DNA from: Oopsacas minuta
Lineage: Eukaryota > Animalia > Porifera
Assembly: GCA_024704765.1 (NCBI GenBank)
Contig: JAKMXF010000044.1
Span: 620,001-684,000, forward strand
Length of the DNA: 64,000 bases
Direction of reading: 5' to 3'
Positions within the stretch are counted from its first letter, which is position 1. The number at the start of each line of letters is the position of its first letter. The position numbers and the translations under genes are program-made. The notes under the pieces are model-generated. The model saw nothing but the letters and a program-made list of their open reading frames with translations, was not told where the DNA came from and ran no database searches. Below, piece after piece: positions 36,043 to 47,154 of the stretch.

Positions 36043-39000
36043 ATGTCATTTGATAAAGTCGTAGAGTTCCTAACTGAACTCCGCTTGCAAACCTTTGCTG
36101 ATAAATTTGGAGATTTGGGAGTGACTATACTAGCAGATCTTAAATATGTTCAGGAGGAAGATCTAGATGCGATGGGGATGAAGAAGATACATAAAAATAA
36201 GTTTTTACAAAATATTAGTAAGATTACTGACTTTGTAGTAGAAAAGCCCAGTGTTCCTGTGGTACCTTCAGCCCCTCCTATTATCCCTGTCATCGTTCCC
36301 AGTGCCCCAGTTCTCAGTTCACCAATCCCCAATGCACCTGTACCTGTACCCATATCAGCACCTGTGCCGAGTGCACCACCCCCGAGTGGAGCTACTCCCA
36401 TAGCGGAGGCAATATCAATCGTGTCTGGCTCCAACTTCCTAAACTACCACATCTACAGATCTCTCCAGCCGGAGCGCAGAGACATAACAGGACTAGATTT
36501 TGAGCATACTACCTACGGACAGTTGAAACAGCTGATTAGTGACCAGGAAAAATTAGGAACTAGTGTAACTGTTGAATTATTCGCTCCCGAAGGCTATCCT
36601 CTAGCTCCAGACACACATAACTACGATAAGAGTCTAAAGGAATGGCATTTCTCAGACGGAGACCTCATCCTCGCCATTCCATGCAGAGCTAGCATGGTTA
36701 AGATTCAGACCCTCCCTGAACTGCACCCAGATACAGGAGATACACAAATATTCGTAAAATATAACCGTACATACGTCATCAATGTAGATATGGCTACTGA
36801 TACTGGTAATACCGTTAGACAGAAGTTATATAGTAAATTACAGATACCTACTCCCTCTATCAAGCTATCATATGCTGGTAAGCCTATCAAGCCTGACAAT
36901 ACTCTACTACAGGATTACGGAGTATGTAAGAACTCTACACTACATATGTGGTTCTACGGAGTAACCTGGGTTAACTCATGGGCTCAAAACTTCTCTTCTC
37001 GTCTCTGTCTTCCTCTGATAGATCAGAGTGAGGAAGGTCTCTCTCTATTTAACTCAGTCCTCTATGTAGTGTCAATGCATTTCGTGTCTGAAACAACCGC
37101 GAGGATTAACAAGGTGCTGGGACACATCAGGAGGATAACAAAATGTCCTCCTCTAGTCTGTGCGCTGGACCGTCTCTTCAGGAAGAGAACTCTCTCCTTC
37201 CCTCAGAAAGTAGCTATCCAGGAATCTCTCTACCAGCTATTCAGAGCTCTTCTACCACAAGACACAGATAAACCAATAACTAATTTACATGTGTTTGAGA
37301 AGTCCAGTGAGTGCTGGGCCTTCTTAATGACTGAGAGTTTGGATTCTGACAGATATTCAGAGGAATATGCTCAGACAGACCTAACATGCTGTATCACCAA
37401 ACAGAGACTCAAAGTTCCTATCTGTCTGCCTGGATCTCAGCTCATCTACGAGAGAGAACAGATTGAAGAATGCATAAAGAACAAAGATACTATCCCTGGT
37501 GTAGATGTGAACACCATAACTCTGGGACAAATTACTGAGAGTAAGAAGTGTCTACGTCTGTTGATGAGTGTTACTGAGGAGACTGAAGCTATGGTTTGGA
37601 GCAAAGGAGGGAAGTCTCTATACGAGCTGCCTAATATACACAAACCTCAATTCAACTGTACCCCAGTAGAGTTGAAGGATAAAATGAAACAGATCAGCTG
37701 TTTAGAAGTAATACCGCCCCTCAAAATAAAATCAATCAGTAGCACATACAGACTCACTACTAACTCAGAAGGTAACGTTATTGTGTATCTAGAGAGAAAT
37801 CCTTGTGGTACACCAGGTAGTGACTGGATATTCTATGATCCTGCTCAGGGTAATGAGTGTGATAAGAATCCAGACGAGCTAGCTAACAAGGCTGGTACTA
37901 GCTCAACTGGTACCTCTTCTCTTCCTTCTTCTGGATATACTCCCGCTGCTGAGCCAATTGTAATAGTAGCAGCTCCTCCTGAGGTTATAACACGCCCTCC
38001 AGAGGAGGCTATCATTGTCCTCCTGGATGTCAGTTGGTCTATGGATGAGGAGTATGAACACGGCATGACACGCTTGCAAGCTGTTAAACAGCTGTTCCAC
38101 GCGTTTGCTAACAGATCCATGGCTTATAACCTGCACAATGTGATAGGACTTACTCTGTTCGCTACTGACATAAAGGTACACTCTAGAGTAACAGAGCTGT
38201 TTGAGAGGTTCAAACAGAAAGTTGATATTGTAATGGCAGAAGGTAGGACCAAACTTTATGACGCTATTATAGAAGGTATTAGACAGCTAACAGAGTTCAT
38301 GGAGAAATATAAGGAATGTAGGAAGAGGATTATTTGTCTCACGGACGGAGAGGACTGTCTTTCTAAGAAGACCCCTCTCCATACAGCTAGACTAGCTCTA
38401 GAGAACCAAGTGATAGTAGACTCCATACTTATAGGGAGTGGTAATCGTAAGATGAAAGCTATCTCTATGGCTAGTGGGGGGTGCTGCTTCCTGCCCCCCT
38501 CTCTCACAGAGGCTCTCAAACTGTTCGAGATGGAGGAAGTTCTTACTCTAGCAAATCGTCAGATAAAACCTCTGTGTCAGCTAGACCTACTCACTGAGTC
38601 TCTCCTCCGTAGAATTGAGAATCCTACTCTCTACAAATATAATGAGAAACCTCCTCGTTTAATCCCTCAAGAGCTTGATGCTCCTGTCGTGTCAGTACGT
38701 ACTAAGCTACAGAGAGCAGCTAATGGACCTGTCCTCACCCCAGGGGGCGGGGGAGAAGAGAGAAGGGTCAGGAGGATACTGAAGGAACTCTCTATCATGC
38801 AGCGAGAGAAACATCCTAACCTAGAGCTATATCCTAATGAGAATGACGTAGGTTTCTGGCGTATGTTATTAACAGGCCCAGAGTTCACGCCCTACCAGAG
38901 TGCGGTATTCCTCCTCTACGTACGGTTCCCCCTCAACTATCCGGAGGGTCCCCCTGAGATCCGCTTCATCACACCTATCTACCACTGTAACATCAACAGC

Positions 39001-39504
39001 AGTGGACGTATTTGTCACAGTGTGTTCGGCAGGAACTACACTAGTGACATGGAGTTCAGAGCACTTATGGATTGTGTGTTCGGACTATTGTGTGAACCTG
39101 AGCCCGGGGATCCTCTGGACAGTAACATGGCCGAGGAATACTTCAGTCGTAGACAGGAGTATAATCAGATGGCTGAGAATTGGTGTGTACATCACTGTAA
39201 GAAGCAACTAGAGGTGTGGAGAGCTGAGTTCGTGTCTGAGGAAGAAGCAGCTCATTCTATTATTCCTGCTAGTATTGTATGCCCTCTCTGTGCTGAGATA
39301 TTCTTAGATCCAGTACAAACTCCGTATGGAAACACTTATGAAAGACAGGCTATAGAGGACCATATAGATGCGGAAGGGAATGACCCCTTAGCTTACAAAC
39401 CCCTCACCAAGGACCAATTATCCCCTAATCTCGACAAGAAGCGAGAAGTGTCCCAGTACAATCAGGAATGTAATATCACTGGCTGGTGGGATGCAGCACA
39501 CTAA
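36043..39504 (+). CDS. Paralogue 3 (intronless): SAM - Pro-rich linker - 2x Ubl - helical - U-box-like - vWA - UBC (E2) - U-box, 1153 aa
   Basis: SAM FLTELRLQTFADKF...MGMKKIHKNKF; Ubl TQIFVKY...KLSYAGKPIKPDNTLLQDYGVCKNSTLHM; vWA LLDVSWSM...TKLYDAI...CLTDG; E2 PPEIRFITPIYHCNINSSGRICHSV; U-box VCPLCAEIFLDPVQTPYGNTYERQAI. Confidence 0.93.
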   Translation: MSFDKVVEFLTELRLQTFADKFGDLGVTILADLKYVQEEDLDAMGMKKIHKNKFLQNISKITDFVVEKPSVPVVPSAPPIIPVIVPSAPVLSSPIPNAPVPVPISAPVPSAPPPSGATPIAEAISIVSGSNFLNYHIYRSLQPERRDITGLDFEHTTYGQLKQLISDQEKLGTSVTVELFAPEGYPLAPDTHNYDKSLKEWHFSDGDLILAIPCRASMVKIQTLPELHPDTGDTQIFVKYNRTYVINVDMATDTGNTVRQKLYSKLQIPTPSIKLSYAGKPIKPDNTLLQDYGVCKNSTLHMWFYGVTWVNSWAQNFSSRLCLPLIDQSEEGLSLFNSVLYVVSMHFVSETTARINKVLGHIRRITKCPPLVCALDRLFRKRTLSFPQKVAIQESLYQLFRALLPQDTDKPITNLHVFEKSSECWAFLMTESLDSDRYSEEYAQTDLTCCITKQRLKVPICLPGSQLIYEREQIEECIKNKDTIPGVDVNTITLGQITESKKCLRLLMSVTEETEAMVWSKGGKSLYELPNIHKPQFNCTPVELKDKMKQISCLEVIPPLKIKSISSTYRLTTNSEGNVIVYLERNPCGTPGSDWIFYDPAQGNECDKNPDELANKAGTSSTGTSSLPSSGYTPAAEPIVIVAAPPEVITRPPEEAIIVLLDVSWSMDEEYEHGMTRLQAVKQLFHAFANRSMAYNLHNVIGLTLFATDIKVHSRVTELFERFKQKVDIVMAEGRTKLYDAIIEGIRQLTEFMEKYKECRKRIICLTDGEDCLSKKTPLHTARLALENQVIVDSILIGSGNRKMKAISMASGGCCFLPPSLTEALKLFEMEEVLTLANRQIKPLCQLDLLTESLLRRIENPTLYKYNEKPPRLIPQELDAPVVSVRTKLQRAANGPVLTPGGGGEERRVRRILKELSIMQREKHPNLELYPNENDVGFWRMLLTGPEFTPYQSAVFLLYVRFPLNYPEGPPEIRFITPIYHCNINSSGRICHSVFGRNYTSDMEFRALMDCVFGLLCEPEPGDPLDSNMAEEYFSRRQEYNQMAENWCVHHCKKQLEVWRAEFVSEEEAAHSIIPASIVCPLCAEIFLDPVQTPYGNTYERQAIEDHIDAEGNDPLAYKPLTKDQLSPNLDKKREVSQYNQECNITGWWDAAH

Positions 39505-40410
39505 CTATAAATGTGTATGTCATGATAATATGTTTCATCTGTTTTACTTTTGGTTTGTATAGACTCGAATTGAGAACACTAGATCATATTTTCTTGTTTT
39601 GCATGTTGACATAAGCCTTAAAAACATGTAGTAAATACTATTCCAAATAACTGGATATTTATAGTCATTGTGTCCCAAACATAGGACGCTCCTTCATTTA
39701 ATTCAGAGGTGATCTATGCTTTAACTCAGAGTTGGAATCAGGTCTGGTTTTACGAATCGGGTTCTGAAATGTGAATATATATTACTTTTATATACAAAAA
39801 CACAGATAGACCAATCTTTTCATTAATATCTACCCAAACAACTAAATACCCAGAAAATATTATTATCGAGATATTTACCCAGGTGAAGCAATGTGTCAGT
39901 TGATCTCGCATCGGTTCCATCTCTGATACCTAAACTAAGGCTTGAAAAATGTTCTATACTTCTATTGTTCCTGACTGCGTTAAATACATACAGTAACTCC
40001 AGTAATAACCAAGTCAGATATAACGAAACTCCTGTTATACTGAAGTGATTCTTTACTTCCTATACCGCGAAATTAAGTTGATTATCTTTTACACCGCTTC
40101 TAACGAAATGAAACCGAGGTCCTGAGCATTCGTTATAACGCGAGTTTACTGTATAGCATTCAATAATAATTCTGTGCTGTGGCTTCATCGCTAGCAATGA
40201 AAATACCTGTAATACCGAATCGATATCCTTTGCAGCAAATAATTAACGTAACTTCTAACAAGGGCTTATTCACTAACATTTAAGTTATGAACTACGTATT
40301 TCACGACTTAATCAAATTTAATGATGTTAGTGATTAAGTACCTTGGTTTGTGGGTTGTAAATAGTTAGTTTAACGTAATTTTTGCTTTGTTCCTCTTTCA
40401 ATGATTCAGC

Positions 40411-42006
40411 ATGTTTAATAATGAAAAGAACAGCAATAAATATATTGAACTAGTGTTTGATTGTACCAGGTTATGCGATTGGAATGTTCATCGAGAGAAA
40501 TTTCGTATCAATGAGAAGTATTTTCATCCTACCATAGAGTATCTACAAAACCTGATTGAGGGAGAATTAAATATTCCTAGAGTTTGTCAGATCGATATTA
40601 GCATTGATGATATTAAACTGAATTGTTCCCCCAAAGGTTCAATTATTAAGTCATTACCTAGAGATTTATATAGAAGAACAAAACCAATACATATGACTCT
40701 ACGTTACTACACCACCTGTACTTCCTTCTCATCCATGGTTCAGTTGTTGGATAGATTGTATATAGCTATACAGAATTTGGAGTATCTAAAAGTTGGGCAA
40801 GTTTTGGAGGTAATTGGTTCATATTTCAATGAATTAAATGATTGGGGATCTCTGGAATCTACAGGTGATTATATCTTCCTTTCAAATGTAGGATTTATTG
40901 ATATTTTAGTTGGATTCATTCAGCATATTCACAAACTATTATTATCCAAAATTTCAACTGAAACATTAGGAAGTTTAGACCTGGAAAACAATAAAGAACA
41001 CACTAATCTATTTCCTGCCATTCAAATGCCCTGTTTTTGCCTAGGGATATCTCAAGGACTGTTGTGGAACTTTGGAGCTAACGTGGAAGAACGCATTTTA
41101 TTATATAAGAAAGGATTCTTACATCTCTCATTTGCTACACTTGAGATTTCTGATATGCTCAAGAAATGTGGAAATATTAGATTTGTTGGTTTAGGGGAAC
41201 TGCTCTTCTCACAAACATTTGGTGGATTTTCGGGATTATCTGAAATATGGACAATTGCAGGAGAATTATGCTCTAATAGGAATTTCTTGAAAGTTCTGCA
41301 AGATACATTCCTCACAATCCCCAATCCTAATAATGAGCTAGATGTATCTATTGCATCTTGTACGTTTATGATATTGTCTTCTCATTGCGAATTATCCAAT
41401 AATTTCATGTCAATAGGAACGTACAATGAAGTAATACAATATTACTACAACAAGATTGATATTATGAACGATTATGGTGATAAATGTTATTGTGTTTGTT
41501 TGAGCCTGGTTAATATGCTGAATACACCTGGTACATGGAATATGGACCATATTCTTCCTGATCAAATTCTCCAAATATGGGAAAATTTTCTGGATCAATT
41601 TTCTCCATCTAATGTTTCGAAGTTTGAGAAAGATCACAGTTACATTTGGGGCTCTCTAGAACCATTCACTTTACTTTATTTCTCTCCCAAAAACTCATAC
41701 TTAGGATTCCAACAATTATCTACAAATTCTGTTAGCAATAGAAGGTTTATAGAAACTTATATTAAACTAGCTCTATTCTCACTTGAAGTTGTTCTAATGT
41801 TAGAAGGGAACTTAGATTTACTTCTTAAACAAAACATATTCACTCATTTACTTATTGCTGATTGGAAAATTGGAAAGATTGTAGAAGAATTGAGGAAATA
41901 TTACCCAAACTTAGTCCATTTTCCAGTTCCTTCTCTTTATGACATTTCTGGAATGACTGCAATTCGAGAGGGCCTTGGAAGTTATTCTGAATTTTTTCAT
42001 TCTTAG
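40411..42006 (+). CDS. Uncharacterised 531-aa protein; possible N-terminal Ubl, helical/ARM-like body, C-terminal SOCS-box-like motif
   Basis: Long intact ORF. TIEYLQNLIEGELNIPRVCQ resembles the ubiquitin helix/loop; C-terminal PVPSLYDIS..TAIR resembles a BC/SOCS box. Domain calls are by eye. Confidence 0.6.
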   Translation: MFNNEKNSNKYIELVFDCTRLCDWNVHREKFRINEKYFHPTIEYLQNLIEGELNIPRVCQIDISIDDIKLNCSPKGSIIKSLPRDLYRRTKPIHMTLRYYTTCTSFSSMVQLLDRLYIAIQNLEYLKVGQVLEVIGSYFNELNDWGSLESTGDYIFLSNVGFIDILVGFIQHIHKLLLSKISTETLGSLDLENNKEHTNLFPAIQMPCFCLGISQGLLWNFGANVEERILLYKKGFLHLSFATLEISDMLKKCGNIRFVGLGELLFSQTFGGFSGLSEIWTIAGELCSNRNFLKVLQDTFLTIPNPNNELDVSIASCTFMILSSHCELSNNFMSIGTYNEVIQYYYNKIDIMNDYGDKCYCVCLSLVNMLNTPGTWNMDHILPDQILQIWENFLDQFSPSNVSKFEKDHSYIWGSLEPFTLLYFSPKNSYLGFQQLSTNSVSNRRFIETYIKLALFSLEVVLMLEGNLDLLLKQNIFTHLLIADWKIGKIVEELRKYYPNLVHFPVPSLYDISGMTAIREGLGSYSEFFHS

Positions 42007-42886
42007 TTACTTAAGTTTTGAATGTACTTCAACTTAATTATATAGATTAGTATTTATGTTAAATTTGTGTTTAGCTTTTGAAATTTATAATTTACCTTCA
42101 TGAAACATGAAATAATGACTATTTATTGTATAAAAATGTCCAACCGATAGACTGGTCTCCGGGTCATGTTTCAAACCAATGAACAAAAGTATTAGTCGTA
42201 AAATCAAAATTATTGGTATCACCCGTCATAATTAGTGACTCATCATCACAATATAGTAAATATACATTTTTTCTCATATTTATTTCTAATGGAAGACCCT
42301 TAAACTTTATTTAGTGTTCAAATTCGATTTTGATTATTCAAGCACTATTCATACAGAAAATATATTATGCCAGCTGTTAAATATGCCCATTGGCGCAACT
42401 AGGCGCCTGAATCTGGGTGGGCAAAGATGATATTATGCCCACCCGCCCTACAATTTCTGCATTAGGGTGGAATCGAAACTGGGTGGGCATGTGCCCACCC
42501 AAAATGGGCCTAGTTGCGCTTATGAATATGCTCACCAATCTACCACAAGCTAGGCAATGTAGTTTGGATTATACCTGCGATTCATATGTCTGAGGTATAC
42601 GCCCCTGATCGAAGCAGTGTTTTCCACAAGGATTTTTGTAAAGTGCTCATAATTTCGACTGAGAACTGGTTGTGACGCATATTCTGGAATAATACCTATG
42701 TACATAGGCAACATTTTGCTATATTAGGAATTTCTCAGGTGTAATAGGAAAATAAAATCCTGGTAAATTCGTAAATCGGGTTCCTAATTCTGCACTTTGT
42801 AGAATAATAGTTGTTCCAATGTTGCTGATGAGTGATATTAAGTTAAAAGTATAAACTTAACCTCTGAGAGAGTGATTTAACGATAA

Positions 42887-43246
42887 CGAGCCGCTTCGCT
42901 TACTTGCGCTGCGGGGCTGGCGAACACTTTGTTCGTATGGACTCGGCACTTCGTGCCTCGAATTTAGCAAAGTATAAATTGAAAAATTGAATTAATAAAT
43001 ATATATTTCAACAATTCGTTTACTTTATAGTCATAAAAACAACAATAAATTTACATATGATTAATCCAAAAGTGTGAAATCGGATTCAGCATGTTCAATA
43101 TATTTAGTGAAGTTTTATTGAATTCTGCTTACTTCCTTGATAAACACGATAAATACATAGTTATGTAACAATTTCAAAATTGCATACCGTAAATCCTTTC
43201 CTTGACAACGGACAAACAAACAACAATTGTGATTTAATAATATAGA
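42887..43246 (-). mobile_element. Helitron-like non-autonomous repeat copy (near complete)
   Basis: Reverse complement matches 32104-32480, including the GGCACGAAGTGCC hairpin. Confidence 0.65.
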
Positions 43247-44088
43247 AATATTCTGCTCTAGATTTGTATTGTTTCTGACAATCAACGGATGATGTCGACT
43301 TAGAATGTGATTTCACCGGCCTTTATTCGTGTCAAATCTAGTTTACATCGGTCGGCCGGCATATAAAATGGCTTAGAGTAAACACTGTGTAAATGTATAC
43401 CAAGTTCCAAGCTAATCGGACTGCTGGACGGACGTCGCACATCCTCCATGCCATTAGGGCATCTCCCTATAGGAGCTGCACAGAACATAATTGAAGTTTT
43501 GTTGCAATAATTCCAGGTTAATATGTCACCTAGCTATTCTAGGATTAATTATATAATGATCAGCCAGAAGTTTAATTTCGGAGATTTGGGTTGGAGTATT
43601 TTGAAAATTTTAGCAAACCCCTTTGCTTCGTTATGATCTTAATATCCATATAACAGTCATTGGATCAATATTGTAATATTGAAAATCGTACTTTCATGAG
43701 ACTCAAGCAAATTTGTTATCGTATATTTCTGTATAACCTAACCGTATAGTGATCTTTTGTAGCAACATTGTTCTAACATAAATTCTACACATGAGCTATA
43801 ATAAATACTTATCGCATCCGTTAGCTCGAACATTTTAGGCTTTTTGAACTTGTTTGAATGCTTTTTATTACATTTTTGGAAAGATCACAAAACACTTGAA
43901 TAAACGGTAAATATTCAGCTCTTAATCATTTGAAGAAGTGTCGTAGTGGAAATTGGGACCTAAAATAGAGACCCCCGTTATCACGAACATTCGCTGTCTC
44001 GGACAGATTTTGACTTCCCCTGAGGTTCGGGTTGTCGGATATTGACTGTATGTAGTCGTTGATATTTGTGTAGTACAGGTGTTTCAGT

Positions 44089-46419
44089 ATGTGTGAGAAT
44101 GTCGTAACCAGAGGATTTATCTTACTGATCCTAGGAGAAGCTAAGTCTGAATCTGAAATAGAATTCTTCTCAAAATGTTTAAAAGTAATTAGCGACAAAC
44201 TCTGTAAAGTCATTTCACACACAACTCAACTCTATCTCTCCTTTGTTCCTCAAGACATTTCTCCGTATAGACAAGACGACCCGATAGCACTTGTATGGGA
44301 GCTAGTCTCTGATGCTGATGAGTGCTGTACTCACTTATGTGATAAACTACAGTGTACTGAGTCAAAAGGTGAGATAGTGACGTCATTCTCTTTAACACAA
44401 CTCACTAGTATGCTGCATGGACTGCTGGATCAAGGCATACAAGAGTTAGGAAATGGTGTGTTACTAGATTTGATTCTTGTGATATCTAGCTCAGGTGTGA
44501 GTCAGCTGATTGAAGGGGAAGAAGCTCTAGGACTATATGGCGCTCTGAAGAGAGTTGTATGGCAGAACGGACATATAACAGCTGTACACTGTGTACAAAT
44601 AGATAGAGATCTGTTAATATCTCCAGCTGTCACCACGTCAGTTGTCATGCTGCAGGATGAGAAGCTGGATTGTATAGATGAGAATATTTACTGGCAAGGT
44701 GTGTATCTATCCGAATTTGATCCATTCGACAATAGCGGGAGAGAGAAGCAAATCAAACACTTGTGTGTCAGTAGACAACCTGAATCAATATCAGAAGAGA
44801 AGAATAGTTTATTGAGAAAGAAGAAAGTTTCTCAGAAAAGTAAAGAAGCATCTCCTTTTATGATTTTAGTTTTGAAAGAGATGATTGATGGGAATTTTCC
44901 ATTTTATTTGCTACAAAACAAACGACTAAAGTTGTATAGTCCTGATAAAGAAGGACAACTGGCATTGAAAGATCTGAGAGTAAGATTGTCATCAGTGTCA
45001 GGAAGTAGAGAGGATGGAAACGAGGGTGTAGCACTCCTCGGTCTCATATCTTGTCATCTAGATAAACCTCTGCTTACAGATACCTGGTACGAGTATATTA
45101 TTGGTAAACAGTCTCACTGGATTAATTCTGTGAAGATAGAAATGCTGGCAACTCCCAACTACTGTCTCCCTCCTCAACATGCTGGTCCTGGTGAAGCATT
45201 GTATGTCTGGCAGTTCAAACATAACTACACAATTCCTGATTCAGTTCTAGAGGATAGCATACGTCTACAAGGAGAGGAAGAATTACCTGAAGTAGACAGC
45301 TCACCACTACCAAAGGAACTAGTAATACCAGAATTGAATGGAGAACAACTACTGACTGTATGTTCTATTTGGAATAAATTGTTACAACTACCAACTCCTA
45401 CAGACCCTGATAACATAAGTGAAGAACTGAATAGTAAAGTGGACGAGATATTGCTTGATATGCCTGTTCCTTCTAGAATAAGGATTAGTTTATATACAGA
45501 AGATTCTCACACACAAACAGATACTGTTGAGGACATTGAAGAGACTCTTGAGCATAAATCATTATGCGCAGTAGACAAGTACTCTCAGCTGTTGAATGAA
45601 TCTATGAAATGTCCTATGAAGCGTTTGGGAGGATTATCTCCTCCACCGATGACTCGCAGTAGTTGTAGTAAGATCGATGTTGATTCACTTTTGAAATGTT
45701 TCGACAGTGAAGGACATGTTGTAGAGGATCTGGACGAAGAACCAATTCCTACTGAACTAAAAACGAAGCTTATGAAAGAGAGATTATTCAATCACATAAG
45801 TGAAGGAGAAGAATTGGATCAATCTTGTGCCCAGTATTCATGGAATAGATATCCTGTTAAGAATGAAACACAAGGTCTCATGAGTTATGAAAGCTCGTCT
45901 AATAAATCTAAGCTAGTTAGGTCTCTATTCACATCAAAAAGTAAGACTGATTATGATGATGGTGATGATGATGGTGATGATGGTGATGATGGTGATGATG
46001 ATGCTATTCCTGAGCCCTTAAACTTTAAAAACTTTAACATCTCAACTAAGAAATCCGATAAATCACTCTGTGATGTTAAGATGAAAAGTACCAGTAAAGC
46101 ACACTCTAAAAGCTCAAAAGCTAAAGTGAAATTAAGACCGAATAAATCAACAACAGATACTAAAGTGAAAAAGAAGTCTGGTAACGAATTATCTAAAGAT
46201 AAAGAACTGAGGAGTCTTTTAGAACGTGCTGTGGTTAGAGCTCTCAAGGGTGAGAACTTGACGCGAGAACATCCACAGTTCAAGTCTGCTTACACACAAT
46301 TGTTTAATGTTTGCAAATGTTTCCTGACTGGATTACAGGTTGATACTGCGAAGGCTAAAGTGGAGCAATTAGCTATTAGTAACGCTAAGCAAGTTGTGGA
46401 TCTTCAGACCAAGAGTTAA
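44089..46419 (+). CDS. MTBP: Mdm2-binding protein (MTBP, Treslin partner / Sld7 counterpart), intronless
   Basis: N-terminal FILLILGE and C-terminal LLERAVVRALKGENLTREHPQFKSAYTQLFNVCKCFL...NAKQVVD match the MTBP termini; (GATGATGGT)-type repeat encodes a D/G tract at ~45953-46003. Confidence 0.7.
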   Translation: MCENVVTRGFILLILGEAKSESEIEFFSKCLKVISDKLCKVISHTTQLYLSFVPQDISPYRQDDPIALVWELVSDADECCTHLCDKLQCTESKGEIVTSFSLTQLTSMLHGLLDQGIQELGNGVLLDLILVISSSGVSQLIEGEEALGLYGALKRVVWQNGHITAVHCVQIDRDLLISPAVTTSVVMLQDEKLDCIDENIYWQGVYLSEFDPFDNSGREKQIKHLCVSRQPESISEEKNSLLRKKKVSQKSKEASPFMILVLKEMIDGNFPFYLLQNKRLKLYSPDKEGQLALKDLRVRLSSVSGSREDGNEGVALLGLISCHLDKPLLTDTWYEYIIGKQSHWINSVKIEMLATPNYCLPPQHAGPGEALYVWQFKHNYTIPDSVLEDSIRLQGEEELPEVDSSPLPKELVIPELNGEQLLTVCSIWNKLLQLPTPTDPDNISEELNSKVDEILLDMPVPSRIRISLYTEDSHTQTDTVEDIEETLEHKSLCAVDKYSQLLNESMKCPMKRLGGLSPPPMTRSSCSKIDVDSLLKCFDSEGHVVEDLDEEPIPTELKTKLMKERLFNHISEGEELDQSCAQYSWNRYPVKNETQGLMSYESSSNKSKLVRSLFTSKSKTDYDDGDDDGDDGDDGDDDAIPEPLNFKNFNISTKKSDKSLCDVKMKSTSKAHSKSSKAKVKLRPNKSTTDTKVKKKSGNELSKDKELRSLLERAVVRALKGENLTREHPQFKSAYTQLFNVCKCFLTGLQVDTAKAKVEQLAISNAKQVVDLQTKS

Positions 46420-46939
46420 TCGTATTCCTGTATCTGTATCCATAGCTATGGTGTATTCTATATTACAATAGCATTCTTTAAATCCTATGATTCGTAATTA
46501 TTATTGGATTCTCATTCTACGTTCTTATCAATATGATGCAGTATTGTAATGGTGGATTTATTTTCTTTCCGTATACGTAAATCTATATTTAGTACTTGTC
46601 ACGAGATATTATGTATGTTGGAATTTCCAATTAGGGAAATATAGTTTATAAAATATATACCCGGTATATAATTATTACTTAGTAAGATTTTGTTCTATTA
46701 TTCAATCATATTTAAATAGAGTTCATATCTAGGTATTCCCTAACTCCCTGTACATGATTTGGTAGAATTTCTGTTAATTACAATGTGGAGTATATTCTAG
46801 GAGAACCTCTGAGCTCGGGAGGCGGACCTCCCTAATCTGGGCACCTTATGAAACTTCCGAAAGGTTTTGAACATCTTTCGGTAATTTCCCCAGAATAGAG
46901 TTGACATTAGCGGTATTTTCACTTCCAACACGTTTCTAC

Positions 46940-47154
46940 TATTTGTTTACTTTATATTCATAAAAACAACATTAAAATTACAATTTGATAAATTCAAAAG
47001 TGTCAAAATCGGATTTAATATATTCGATACATATTTAGTCAAGTTTATCGTATTACAACATTCCATAAATCCTTTCAATGAGAACGGACAAACAACAAAC
47101 AAACAAACAAACAAACAAACAAACAAACAAAATTTTGCAATTTAATAATATAGA
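46940..47154 (-). mobile_element. Helitron-like repeat copy with expanded (CAAA)n tract
   Basis: Same core and A|TCTATATTATTAAA end as the other copies. Confidence 0.6.
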
